Shown in pieces: positions 8,740-16,827 of a stretch of 64,000 nucleotides of DNA. A model generated the notes under the pieces. The model ran no database searches, was not told the DNA's origin, and was given only the letters and a program-made list of their open reading frames with translations. Made by a program: the position numbers and the translations under genes. Position 1 is the first letter of the stretch; each line of letters opens with the position of its first letter. Source of the DNA: Mariprofundaceae bacterium (GTDB lineage: Bacteria; Pseudomonadota; Zetaproteobacteria; Mariprofundales; Mariprofundaceae); assembly GCA_026994965.1 (NCBI GenBank), contig JALWPO010000154.1:163-64162 (forward strand). The letters are read 5' to 3'.

Positions 8740-10757
8740 GCGAATACCGCCAAAAGAAAGAGCACTGTTGCAAAGGTGTATGCCAAATAAGCATGAATAC
8801 CGCGTTGATGCTCATGGCGAATGATTTTGGCAAGCCAAAGCGTGGCATGACCAATCGGTTGATAGACCTGCTTCACCACCATATCACTGACATGTACAAT
8901 ATATTTTACACGCGTGGTGAGTAATGCATGCTTATGGCGCTCTGCATGTTCGTGTTCTTCTGGTTGATATAAATCCACAAAAATACGTCGCAAAGGTTGA
9001 GAAAAACTAGCAGCATTGTATTGCATACGCGCGTGGGTATGTGGATTGCCACAACTCCACATTTTACTGCGTCGAATATGATTGCCTTTGGGGTGTAGCC
9101 ACCAAAATGCTAAGCCACCAAGCAATAACATACCTATCAGTGCTAAAGGCGCTGAATAAGAAGCGCGCTCTGCATCCATGGGCGTAAGCCAAACCCAACT
9201 ATGATTATGCAACGATGATAGCATGGATGTGTGCAACAATGCCTGCGGCACATGATCCAATAAAGGTATGAACAACGTGGGAAGAAGCCCAAGCAATAAA
9301 CAACATACTGCGGGTATCACCATGCCGAATTTCATCCACATATCGACTTCTTTAGCATCTGCTACAGCCTCGCTACGTGCATGACCCAAGAAAACCACAC
9401 CAAAGACTTTGACAAAACAAGTTGCCGCTAATGCCCCTGCCAATGCCAACATCGCAGCAGAGAAAGGAACCATGGCAGTAAGCAGTGCGCCTCCCAATTG
9501 CGGAGCCATCAATGCAGTTTGAAAGGTTAACCACTCAGAGACAAATCCATTGAACGGTGGCAATGCCGAAATGGAAATACACGCTACAAGGAACAAGCCC
9601 GATGTCCACGGCATACGATGAATCAAACCACCCATTTTTTCCATATTGCGTGTGCCTGTTTTATGCAGCACTGCACCAGCACCCATAAATAATAGCCCTT
9701 TAAACAGCGCATGATTGATGGTGTGATACAAGGCTGCAATCAAACCCAATGCTGCCAGTGTTGGGTGATTAAAATGTGCGAGCAACATACCCAAGCCCAA
9801 GCCAATCAAAATAATACCAATATTCTCAATGGAGTGATAAGCCAGCAAACGTTTTAAATCATGTTGTTGTAATGCCATGAGTACGCCAGATACCGCAGAG
9901 CTGGAACCAGCCGCCAATACCAATGCGCCCCACCACCATTGAAAATCACCACTACCCATCAAATCCCAAGTGATACGAATAAAACCAAAGATTGCGACCT
10001 TCAACATAATACCACTCATCAATGCCGATACATTCGATGGTGCAACAGGATGCGCATCAGGCAACCAGCCATGCATGGGAACCACGCCAGCCTTGGTACC
10101 AAAACCAAAACCTGCCAATAAAAATGCCACCGATGCCCATAATGGTGAGATAGAAGCTTCACGCATGGCAGAAAATTCAAACGAGCCCGATACAGCATAG
10201 AGCGTAGCAAAACTTCCCATAATCAATAGCCCTGCCATATGTGCCATCAGTAAATAAATAAAGCCTGCTTTGCGATTTTCAGGGTATTGATGTTCGTGTG
10301 TCACAAGAAAATAAGAGGATACGCTCATCAATTCCCAATATAACATAAAGGTAAACGCATCATCGGATAACACCACGCCCATCATGCCCAACACAAATAA
10401 GGGCAAGAAAATCGCTAGCGGTGTGAGTTTCTTTTCATGGCTTAAATAACCATAGCTATAAATAGAAACAGGCAATGTTAATGAACCAATCACCAATAAA
10501 AAGAATGAACCCAAAGCATCCAAACGCAGGTGCATGGGTAACCATGGTAATCCTAAAGGTAGAGTGATACTACCCCCACCTGAAATAAGCCCTGTAAAAC
10601 CAGCCACGACTGCAAGCAAACCACTGATGGCCAACAAAGCACTCAAAGCAATACGTTGAATCGTGGGATTACTTTGTAAACAAGGGGCTGCAACCGCAGC
10701 GATGACCATAGATAAGCACGCCCCAAGCGCCATATGTAATGAAAGCACAGCCATCAT
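8736..10757 (-). CDS. HyfB/HycC/NuoL-like antiporter-like membrane subunit
   Basis: 673 aa. Motifs include WLPDAHPVAPSNVSALMSGIMLK and AYHSIENIGIILIGLG..NHALFKGLLFMGAG. It overlaps the downstream gene by 4 nt. Confidence 0.85.
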   Translation of the reverse strand: MMAVLSLHMALGACLSMVIAAVAAPCLQSNPTIQRIALSALLAISGLLAVVAGFTGLISGGGSITLPLGLPWLPMHLRLDALGSFFLLVIGSLTLPVSIYSYGYLSHEKKLTPLAIFLPLFVLGMMGVVLSDDAFTFMLYWELMSVSSYFLVTHEHQYPENRKAGFIYLLMAHMAGLLIMGSFATLYAVSGSFEFSAMREASISPLWASVAFLLAGFGFGTKAGVVPMHGWLPDAHPVAPSNVSALMSGIMLKVAIFGFIRITWDLMGSGDFQWWWGALVLAAGSSSAVSGVLMALQQHDLKRLLAYHSIENIGIILIGLGLGMLLAHFNHPTLAALGLIAALYHTINHALFKGLLFMGAGAVLHKTGTRNMEKMGGLIHRMPWTSGLFLVACISISALPPFNGFVSEWLTFQTALMAPQLGGALLTAMVPFSAAMLALAGALAATCFVKVFGVVFLGHARSEAVADAKEVDMWMKFGMVIPAVCCLLLGLLPTLFIPLLDHVPQALLHTSMLSSLHNHSWVWLTPMDAERASYSAPLALIGMLLLGGLAFWWLHPKGNHIRRSKMWSCGNPHTHARMQYNAASFSQPLRRIFVDLYQPEEHEHAERHKHALLTTRVKYIVHVSDMVVKQVYQPIGHATLWLAKIIRHEHQRGIHAYLAYTFATVLFLLAVFA

Positions 10758-11308
10758 CGAGAGCGAACCATTAACAATTCACATGGCTTATCGGATCGAT
10801 TGTGCCAGTTATGTTGCTTGCGTGCATCATAATAAAGCGATTGCATTTCATGCAGTGGATATTCGCGCCCATCATATGCCAACACCACATCACCACGCCG
10901 CACCCACACAAAAGCATGTGCGCTTTTAATACCATATTGATTTTCTTCAAAGCTTCCGCCTGCATCCAGTTGTACCAACATGGGCTCAAAACCAATGGGT
11001 TGATGCAATGCGGTTAAAGGAATGAAGCGACCACCTTGACTCAGTGGAACCGTAGGACGGTCATTTAAATCAAAGATTTCAATATCGCTTTGCTCGCCTG
11101 TTTCAAGAAAAAAAGCAGCTACGGCAATACCAAGCCCATCCGCAAGCTTTTCCAAGGTTGCAACCGAAGGCGAAGCTCTGCCCGATTCCAGTTGCGATAA
11201 AGCAGCCGCACTGATACCAGCTTGTTCCGCCAACATCCGTTGTGAAAGCGATTGTTGTTCACGAAGCGTTTTAATCGTAAGGGCGATGTTTTTCATAGGG
11301 CGGTGCAT
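10754..11308 (-). CDS. XRE-family HTH plus cupin domain transcriptional regulator
   Basis: The N-terminal HTH_3 reads LREQQSLSQRMLAEQAGISAAALSQLESGRASPSVATLEKLADGLG. The C-terminal roughly 100 aa look like a cupin beta-barrel (PuuR-like architecture). The stop overlaps the start of the HyfB-like gene by 4 nt. The true start may be the ATG at 11296. Confidence 0.85.
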   Translation of the reverse strand: MHRPMKNIALTIKTLREQQSLSQRMLAEQAGISAAALSQLESGRASPSVATLEKLADGLGIAVAAFFLETGEQSDIEIFDLNDRPTVPLSQGGRFIPLTALHQPIGFEPMLVQLDAGGSFEENQYGIKSAHAFVWVRRGDVVLAYDGREYPLHEMQSLYYDARKQHNWHNRSDKPCELLMVRSR

Positions 11309-11446
11309 TATTCATAATAATGGTCATATGTAAATATTATTTAACATTCTGTGGACTTTAGCACTACGGCGTTTTTTACATGAGGACTAAAAGAAGCAAT
11401 TTTAACATAGATATAGCCAAAAAGGTGAGTGGTGCAGAAGTCTCTA

Positions 11447-12184
11447 CTATTTAAAACTTTGCAATAAAGATGCTGTAAGCAAATGCCAACCATCCACCAA
11501 CACGAATAAAATAATTTTTAGGGGTAACGAAATCATCACTGGTGGTAACATCATCATGCCCATACTCATCAATACTGAAGCTACTACTAAATCCAATACC
11601 ACAAAGGGAATATAAATAAGAAAACCAATTTCAAAAGCCGTTCTCAGCTCACTAATAATAAATGATGGAATCAGCACATGCATGGGTGTTGCACTAGCAG
11701 TGGCTGGTTTTTCCATATGTGCAGCATCCAAAAATAATAATAAATCATCATTTCTTGTCTGCCGCAGCATAAAAGCTTGAATCGGTGCTTTAGCTTTTTC
11801 AAATGCCTCTGCCTGCGATATGTTTTCAGCCAAATAAGGCGTGATTGCCTCAGCATCGATTTTATCCCATACAGGCATCATGATAAACACACTCATGAAC
11901 AATGCTAACCCAATCAAAACTTGGGTTGGTGGGCTTTGCTGTGTACCTAGAGCCTGACGTAAAAAGGCAAATACAATCACAATCCGTGTAAATGATGTCA
12001 TCATCACAAGTGCCGATGGTGCAAGTGTGAGTATGGTTAACAATGCTAAAATTTTTAGTCCTGTAAACCAATCATCTGGATTGTTTCCATCCCCTAAATG
12101 AATGGATAAGGTGGGAATATCTGCCGACCAAGCTGTATGTGGCAATATCAACACCAAGAAGATTAAAAGTAGCTTAACTTTCAT
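11447..12184 (-). CDS. fliP: flagellar export gate protein FliP
   Basis: Signal peptide MKVKLLLIFLVLILPHTAWSA, then the FliP core LTILTLAPSALVMMTSFTRIVIVFAFLRQALGTQQSPPTQVLIGLALFMSVFIMMPV. Confidence 0.95.
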   Translation of the reverse strand: MKVKLLLIFLVLILPHTAWSADIPTLSIHLGDGNNPDDWFTGLKILALLTILTLAPSALVMMTSFTRIVIVFAFLRQALGTQQSPPTQVLIGLALFMSVFIMMPVWDKIDAEAITPYLAENISQAEAFEKAKAPIQAFMLRQTRNDDLLLFLDAAHMEKPATASATPMHVLIPSFIISELRTAFEIGFLIYIPFVVLDLVVASVLMSMGMMMLPPVMISLPLKIILFVLVDGWHLLTASLLQSFK

Positions 12185-12476
12185 GATGTAACTCATTAGC
12201 TTGTTCATCGTTTTCTGAACGCTCAATCGTATCAATCACCTGCAACCCATCAGTAGATAATCCTAAAAGATAGCAACGTTTACCATGCCGAACTTCCACT
12301 ACGCTATGACGCGTATCCAAGCTGACTTTTTGCAATACTTTGATATTGGATGTCGAAGGAGAACCCATACGATATTGCAATCGTTTCATACCCCAAACCA
12401 ACAAGGCAAACAATGCCAATACCACTGCTAATGCAGCAATCGATTGAAGCATCATCATGGCTAAACCTTGTTCCAT
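12174..12476 (-). CDS. fliO: flagellar biosynthesis protein FliO
   Basis: 100 aa with a single TM (IAALAVVLALFALLVWGMKRL) followed by VLQKVSLDTRHSVVEVRHGKRCYLLGLS. It lies between fliN and fliP. Confidence 0.8.
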   Translation of the reverse strand: MEQGLAMMMLQSIAALAVVLALFALLVWGMKRLQYRMGSPSTSNIKVLQKVSLDTRHSVVEVRHGKRCYLLGLSTDGLQVIDTIERSENDEQANELHHES

Positions 12477-12480
12477 TGAC

Positions 12481-12798
12481 TTAACCTAAGCTTCGGATGC
12501 GCTCACCCGATGGCACAATATCAACAATTCGAATACCTAACTTTCCATCGGATGATACCACTTCACCACGTGCAAACACCTGCCCATTCGCCAAAATATC
12601 CACTTCTGCATTGGCTTCTTTTTTTAAATCCACAACTGTGCCACGGTGCAAACGTGCTACATGGTGCAGGGGCAGCTCAACACGCCCCAATTCAACACTT
12701 ACCGACAGCGGCACATGCATAATGGCTTCCAAATTGGGTCGTGGAACATCCTGATTAATATGATTATCTGTTGTCACTTCTTCTGGGCTATCACTCAT
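12481..12798 (-). CDS. fliN: flagellar motor switch protein FliN
   Basis: SpoA domain VPLSVSVELGRVELPLHHVARLHRGTVVDLKKEANAEVDILANGQVFARGEVVSSDGKLGIRIVDIV. Confidence 0.9.
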   Translation of the reverse strand: MSDSPEEVTTDNHINQDVPRPNLEAIMHVPLSVSVELGRVELPLHHVARLHRGTVVDLKKEANAEVDILANGQVFARGEVVSSDGKLGIRIVDIVPSGERIRSLG

Positions 12799-13820
12799 GA
12801 TATACCTCCCTGTATGGCATCGGTTAGCTCTGCTGCCAACATACCCTCTTGACTACCTGCTTGCGCCTGAAACATGGGCATAGCATCAATCCATAATGTT
12901 GCAGGATCTGTATCGCCGACCTTAAATGGTAAATAATCACCTTGTGATAACGCTAGAAATTCACCAATCTCCATCGAACATTGCCCCAACTCCAAACGCA
13001 TCGTAATCGGAACCTCACTTAATGCATGTTCCAATTGTGCCTGCCACATCTCATCCACAGCCACTGGCTCATCACTCATGGTAGAGCGCAAACTATCCAA
13101 CATCGGCTCCAAAAATGTGCGTGGATAATGCAAAGCAAATGTGCCTTTGACATCTTCATCCAGTTGAATTTCAAAATACATAGAAAAACAGGCATCTTGA
13201 GCACCTGCCACAGCAAGAAACTGTGAGTCTGTCTCCAATTTGAACAACACAAAATCCAAAACCGTGACGGGTTTCCATGTATTTTCAAGATGCATTTCAA
13301 GGCTTTTTGCAATCCGCTCAGCCAAACGATTTTCCACCGGTGATAACGCCTGTATAGATTCATCATATACCTCACCACTACCACCCAACATGGCATCCAC
13401 ATGTGCTACAATTAGCGGCAAATCAAAAGCCAACATCATGCGCCCATAGCCTTCCACTGAATAAGCAAAAAATACGCGGTGCTCTTCTGCACTAATCACA
13501 TCACGGTATGTGTTTTCTGTCATACTTTGAAAACTCACCCCAATATCACGCTGAAAAGTATCCTCCCACTGCTCTTTAAGCGCTTCTGCCATACGCTCCT
13601 GAAGATTTACAAACAATGGATAGCGCCCAGGCCCTTCACTATCATCCTGATCAAAAGTAAAAGCTTCCACTGCTTCAGGCTCTTGGATAGGCGGCAATGA
13701 TGAAAATAATGCGTCAATCGTTTCATCTGAACCAACATTTGCCATCAAAGCCTCAATTTCTTCAGGCTCCAATACAGGTTTTTTATCTTCTGCAACTGCT
13801 GCTTCAACTGTTTCTGTCAT
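12795..13820 (-). CDS. fliM: flagellar motor switch protein FliM
   Basis: 341 aa, acidic N-terminus, central FliM domain and C-terminal SpoA-like part (PITMRLELGQCSMEIGEFLALSQGDYLPF). Position fliL-fliM-fliN. Confidence 0.9.
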   Translation of the reverse strand: MTETVEAAVAEDKKPVLEPEEIEALMANVGSDETIDALFSSLPPIQEPEAVEAFTFDQDDSEGPGRYPLFVNLQERMAEALKEQWEDTFQRDIGVSFQSMTENTYRDVISAEEHRVFFAYSVEGYGRMMLAFDLPLIVAHVDAMLGGSGEVYDESIQALSPVENRLAERIAKSLEMHLENTWKPVTVLDFVLFKLETDSQFLAVAGAQDACFSMYFEIQLDEDVKGTFALHYPRTFLEPMLDSLRSTMSDEPVAVDEMWQAQLEHALSEVPITMRLELGQCSMEIGEFLALSQGDYLPFKVGDTDPATLWIDAMPMFQAQAGSQEGMLAAELTDAIQGGIS

Positions 13821-14338
13821 TGCGACACAAAGTCCGTAAAATATAATTTTTTCACAGGCTTACCTGGAAATATTTTATTCAACCTAAATATCAATTCTTC
13901 TTTCAATGCATACTTACCCCTAGGCGTACGTATATCTTCAAAAGTTTTGCTCGATAAAATAGTTAAGATTAAATCATTGATTTTGGCTTTGCCTGCATCT
14001 GTATCAAGCTTTGCAAGCGCCTCTTCTGAGCGCAACTCAAGCTTAATTTTTGCGCGTAAGAAACGACTCACATCAGCATCTGCCAAGTTAATCGTGATAT
14101 TATCCACATCCATCAATACAGGTGGTTTATCACTTTCTTCATCAACCTCTGGTATTTTTGTTTCTGCTGTTTCTGTAGGTGCTTTATCCGTAGCTACACC
14201 CGATTGTTCCATCTGCATCATTTTCCATGCAACAAAACCACCGACTGCCAAAACAAGAACCAATAAAACCATATTGATGATAGGTAATATACCACCTCCA
14301 CCCGATGATTTAGCTTCTTTTTCTGCGTCATCTGCCAT
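13817..14338 (-). CDS. fliL: flagellar basal body-associated protein FliL
   Basis: Single N-terminal TM, then ITINLADADVSRFLRAKIKLELRS...INDLILTILSSKTFEDI...KKLYFTDFVSQ, a typical FliL. Confidence 0.8.
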   Translation of the reverse strand: MADDAEKEAKSSGGGGILPIINMVLLVLVLAVGGFVAWKMMQMEQSGVATDKAPTETAETKIPEVDEESDKPPVLMDVDNITINLADADVSRFLRAKIKLELRSEEALAKLDTDAGKAKINDLILTILSSKTFEDIRTPRGKYALKEELIFRLNKIFPGKPVKKLYFTDFVSQ

Positions 14339-14369
14339 ATGTATGCTCCTTCATATCAAACATCCTTAA

Positions 14370-15071
14370 CTATTTATAAACAACAATTTCCACGCGACGG
14401 TTCCGACTTCGTCCAAACGGTGTAGCATCAGTGGATACAGGTCTTGATGGTCCATACCCAGCCAATGACAAACGTGCAGGATTTACACCTTCTTCTTCCA
14501 AGATACGCAAGACTGATGCCGAACGTGCCAAAGTAAGACTCCATGGATCAGTATACTTACTCCCTGCGCGCGGTTTAAATTGTGTGTCTGAATGCCCATT
14601 CACACTGATTTTACCCGGTGACATCGCCAACATGCGCGCTAAACGCCGCAATGCCTTTATGTTTTCTTCTTTAAGCTCCGCTGAACCTTCATCAAACATC
14701 ACTGCATCCTTGATACGAAGATAAAGCTTATCTTTTACAATAATTGCATTGACTTTATGTTCCAATACACTATTTTTAAGTACCACATGACTATTCTGGC
14801 GCATCGCCAACATCAACTCGCGCGGTGTCACTTTAAGCTGCAACTGTGATGGTGGGATAATATTAAGCTCTGTACGTTCACCTGCATTCATCACCGATAC
14901 AGCTTTTTGAAAATATGTGGAAATATCCTGTAACCCTGTTTTATCCAATGTGGACATAGAAACCAACAAGATAAAGAATGTAAGCATAAGGCTCACTAAA
15001 TCGGCAAAAGTAGTCATCCATGCTTCAGGGTCTGGTTTATATACGACCGGCCATTTCTTCTTTCTTGCCAT
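14370..15071 (-). CDS. motB: flagellar stator protein MotB/PomB (canonical Asp in the TM plug)
   Basis: WMTTFADLVSLMLTFFILLVS resembles Vibrio PomB WMGTFADLMSLLMCFFVLLLS. The C-terminal OmpA-like domain reads NGHSD...WSLTLARSASV...NRRVEIVVY. Confidence 0.85.
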   Translation of the reverse strand: MARKKKWPVVYKPDPEAWMTTFADLVSLMLTFFILLVSMSTLDKTGLQDISTYFQKAVSVMNAGERTELNIIPPSQLQLKVTPRELMLAMRQNSHVVLKNSVLEHKVNAIIVKDKLYLRIKDAVMFDEGSAELKEENIKALRRLARMLAMSPGKISVNGHSDTQFKPRAGSKYTDPWSLTLARSASVLRILEEEGVNPARLSLAGYGPSRPVSTDATPFGRSRNRRVEIVVYK

Positions 15072-15072
15072 A

Positions 15073-15846
15073 TCAGAATCCCATCTTTGGTTCACTCACC
15101 GCTGCCCGATGCGGTGGCGATAAACTCATTTTTTTCGATTGTTCTGAGTGTTCCGTCACTGGGCGGAATTTCAGTATAATTTCTACACGGCGACTCAACT
15201 CTGGATGATTGGGAATCGGATGTTTATCCCCCATACCTGCTACCACCATACGACCATTAGCAACACCTCGCTCCGATAATGCATGAAATACAGACATCGC
15301 TCGCGCAGCAGAAAGCTCCCAATTGGAGATATAAATAGAACCTCGAACAGGGGTATCATCGGTATGACCTTCAATGCGAACCTCAATCACTTCAGGACGA
15401 GTAAAAATAACAGCCAACTTATCCATCAACTTCATACTGCTTGGCAATAAATCAACATGACCAGGTGCAAATGAAATATGCTCTGGAAAGCGTACACGCA
15501 CAGAGTCTTGATCCAAAGCAATCGCATACATGCCATGAATACCTAAATCCTTAGCCACATCCGTCAATGCTTTGGCGGTTCGTTTGGGTGCTTTTGAACC
15601 ATCCACAATATCACGTGAAGGCATAGCAGGACCTTTGCCTTGACTTAAATTTGCCCCTTTGGGTAAAGGACTAAATGTGCCTGCTAATGAACCCAATGCA
15701 GCCAAACGTTTTTCTTCTACAATCACTGCCATGGAGGTAAGTAAAATAAAAAATGCCAACATCTGCATCATCAACTCAAGAAATAAGGCTGCGCCAATAT
15801 CTTTAGGTCGATCAATGGGAGCTGGTTTTTTCTCTCGTTTAGCCAT
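15073..15846 (-). CDS. second MotB-like stator protein (OmpA/MotB domain) with Glu at the conserved Asp position
   Basis: The TM segment LFLELMMQMLAFFILLTSM aligns to E. coli MotB YADFMTAMMAFFLVMW. The C-terminal domain reads GHTDDTP...SNWELSAARAMSV...SRRVEIILK. Confidence 0.8.
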   Translation of the reverse strand: MAKREKKPAPIDRPKDIGAALFLELMMQMLAFFILLTSMAVIVEEKRLAALGSLAGTFSPLPKGANLSQGKGPAMPSRDIVDGSKAPKRTAKALTDVAKDLGIHGMYAIALDQDSVRVRFPEHISFAPGHVDLLPSSMKLMDKLAVIFTRPEVIEVRIEGHTDDTPVRGSIYISNWELSAARAMSVFHALSERGVANGRMVVAGMGDKHPIPNHPELSRRVEIILKFRPVTEHSEQSKKMSLSPPHRAAVSEPKMGF

Positions 15847-15883
15847 AATTTATCAGCTGATTACCAAGTAGTCTTGACACATA

Positions 15884-16642
15884 TCAATCAAACGCAGATT
15901 GGCGTTCTTTGGGCGGCAAGTATCCAAGTAATTTTTGTTCCATCACCCTAGGGTTCTCTCCCGCAACCAAAGATTGAATCCCTGTTAGGATAATTTCTAA
16001 AATCAACATCTCTTCTGTACTGCGTGTTTTAAGTTTACCTGCCATAGGTAAAAATAAGATATTGGCCAATAAAGCACCATAAAATGTAGTGAGCAATGCC
16101 ACAGACATGGATGGTCCAATCGATGATGGGTCGGACATATTCGATAACATCAATACCAGACCCACCAATGTACCAATCATGCCCATAGAAGGTGCATACG
16201 TACCACAAGCTGTCAGCATATCCGAGCCCTCTGCATGACGGCCTGAAACCTTATCCATTTCCATATATAATATATCTTCAATCTCAGATGGTTCTTGACC
16301 ATCAATGGCCATTTGAAGTCCTTTTGCCATAAAAGGATTTTCAATATCTCCTACTTTACTCTCTAAGGCTAAAATACCATCTTTACGCACGATTTGAGCC
16401 AATTCCACAAGCTCAGCAATGACATCTTTACCTGCATCTAATTTATACATAAATGTCTTTAAAATTACACCAATTAAGCCAATCACTTTAGAAAGTGGAT
16501 AACCCACCAAAACCACACCTACTGTACCTCCAATCACAATCATAATAGAAGGTACATCCACAAAACCCATCAGCGCATCACCAATCGCAAATGCGACCAG
16601 ACCAAATGCGATTAGAATCCCTAAGACTGTTGCAATATCCAC
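15884..16642 (-). CDS. motA: flagellar stator protein MotA, PomA-like
   Basis: 252 aa. APSMGMIGTLVGLVLMLSNMSDPSSIGPSMSVALLTTFYGALLANILFLP closely resembles Vibrio PomA. GTG start with AGGAGG 5 nt upstream. Confidence 0.9.
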   Translation of the reverse strand: MDIATVLGILIAFGLVAFAIGDALMGFVDVPSIMIVIGGTVGVVLVGYPLSKVIGLIGVILKTFMYKLDAGKDVIAELVELAQIVRKDGILALESKVGDIENPFMAKGLQMAIDGQEPSEIEDILYMEMDKVSGRHAEGSDMLTACGTYAPSMGMIGTLVGLVLMLSNMSDPSSIGPSMSVALLTTFYGALLANILFLPMAGKLKTRSTEEMLILEIILTGIQSLVAGENPRVMEQKLLGYLPPKERQSAFD

Positions 16643-16717
16643 ACTTTCCTCCTAACCAAGAACCCTTTTATCTCAAAAGAAATTTGACTCAAATCATTCA
16701 TGACATATCTTATATGG

Positions 16718-16747
16718 GTTATCTAGCAAGAAGCGTGCAACTTTTAA
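16718..16747 (-). promoter_or_regulatory. candidate promoter upstream of motA (sigma-28-like and sigma-54-like near matches overlap)
   Basis: The minus strand reads TTAAAAGTTGCACGCTTCTTGCTAGATAACCC. TAAA-N16-CTAGATAA compares with the FliA consensus TAAA-N15-GCCGATAA. TTGCAC-N5-TTGCT compares with the RpoN consensus TGGCAC-N5-TTGCW, with one G of the GG missing. Confidence 0.3.
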
Positions 16748-16777
16748 TCTTATTAAGAAAAATACTTTACACAAAGC

Positions 16778-16806
16778 AAAACACCCGCACATAGGCGGGT
16801 GTTTTA
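16778..16806 (-). terminator. Rho-independent terminator after flgE
   Basis: A perfect 8-bp stem (ACACCCGC / GCGGGTGT) with a 6-nt loop lies 26 nt past the flgE stop. On the minus strand it is followed by TTTGCTTTGTG. Confidence 0.6.
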
Positions 16807-16827
16807 TGGATACGTCAATAACTCAAT

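Noticed and set aside
3380-10757. Annotating the operon as hydrogenase-4 / formate hydrogenlyase (hyfBCEFGI)
   Set aside because: The subunit homology is real. However, the large subunit lacks three of the four NiFe-ligand cysteines and the C-terminal cleavage peptide. No HycB/HycF/HyfA/HyfH ferredoxin subunits, formate dehydrogenase, hyp genes or HycI are present. A hydrogenase function is therefore not supported.
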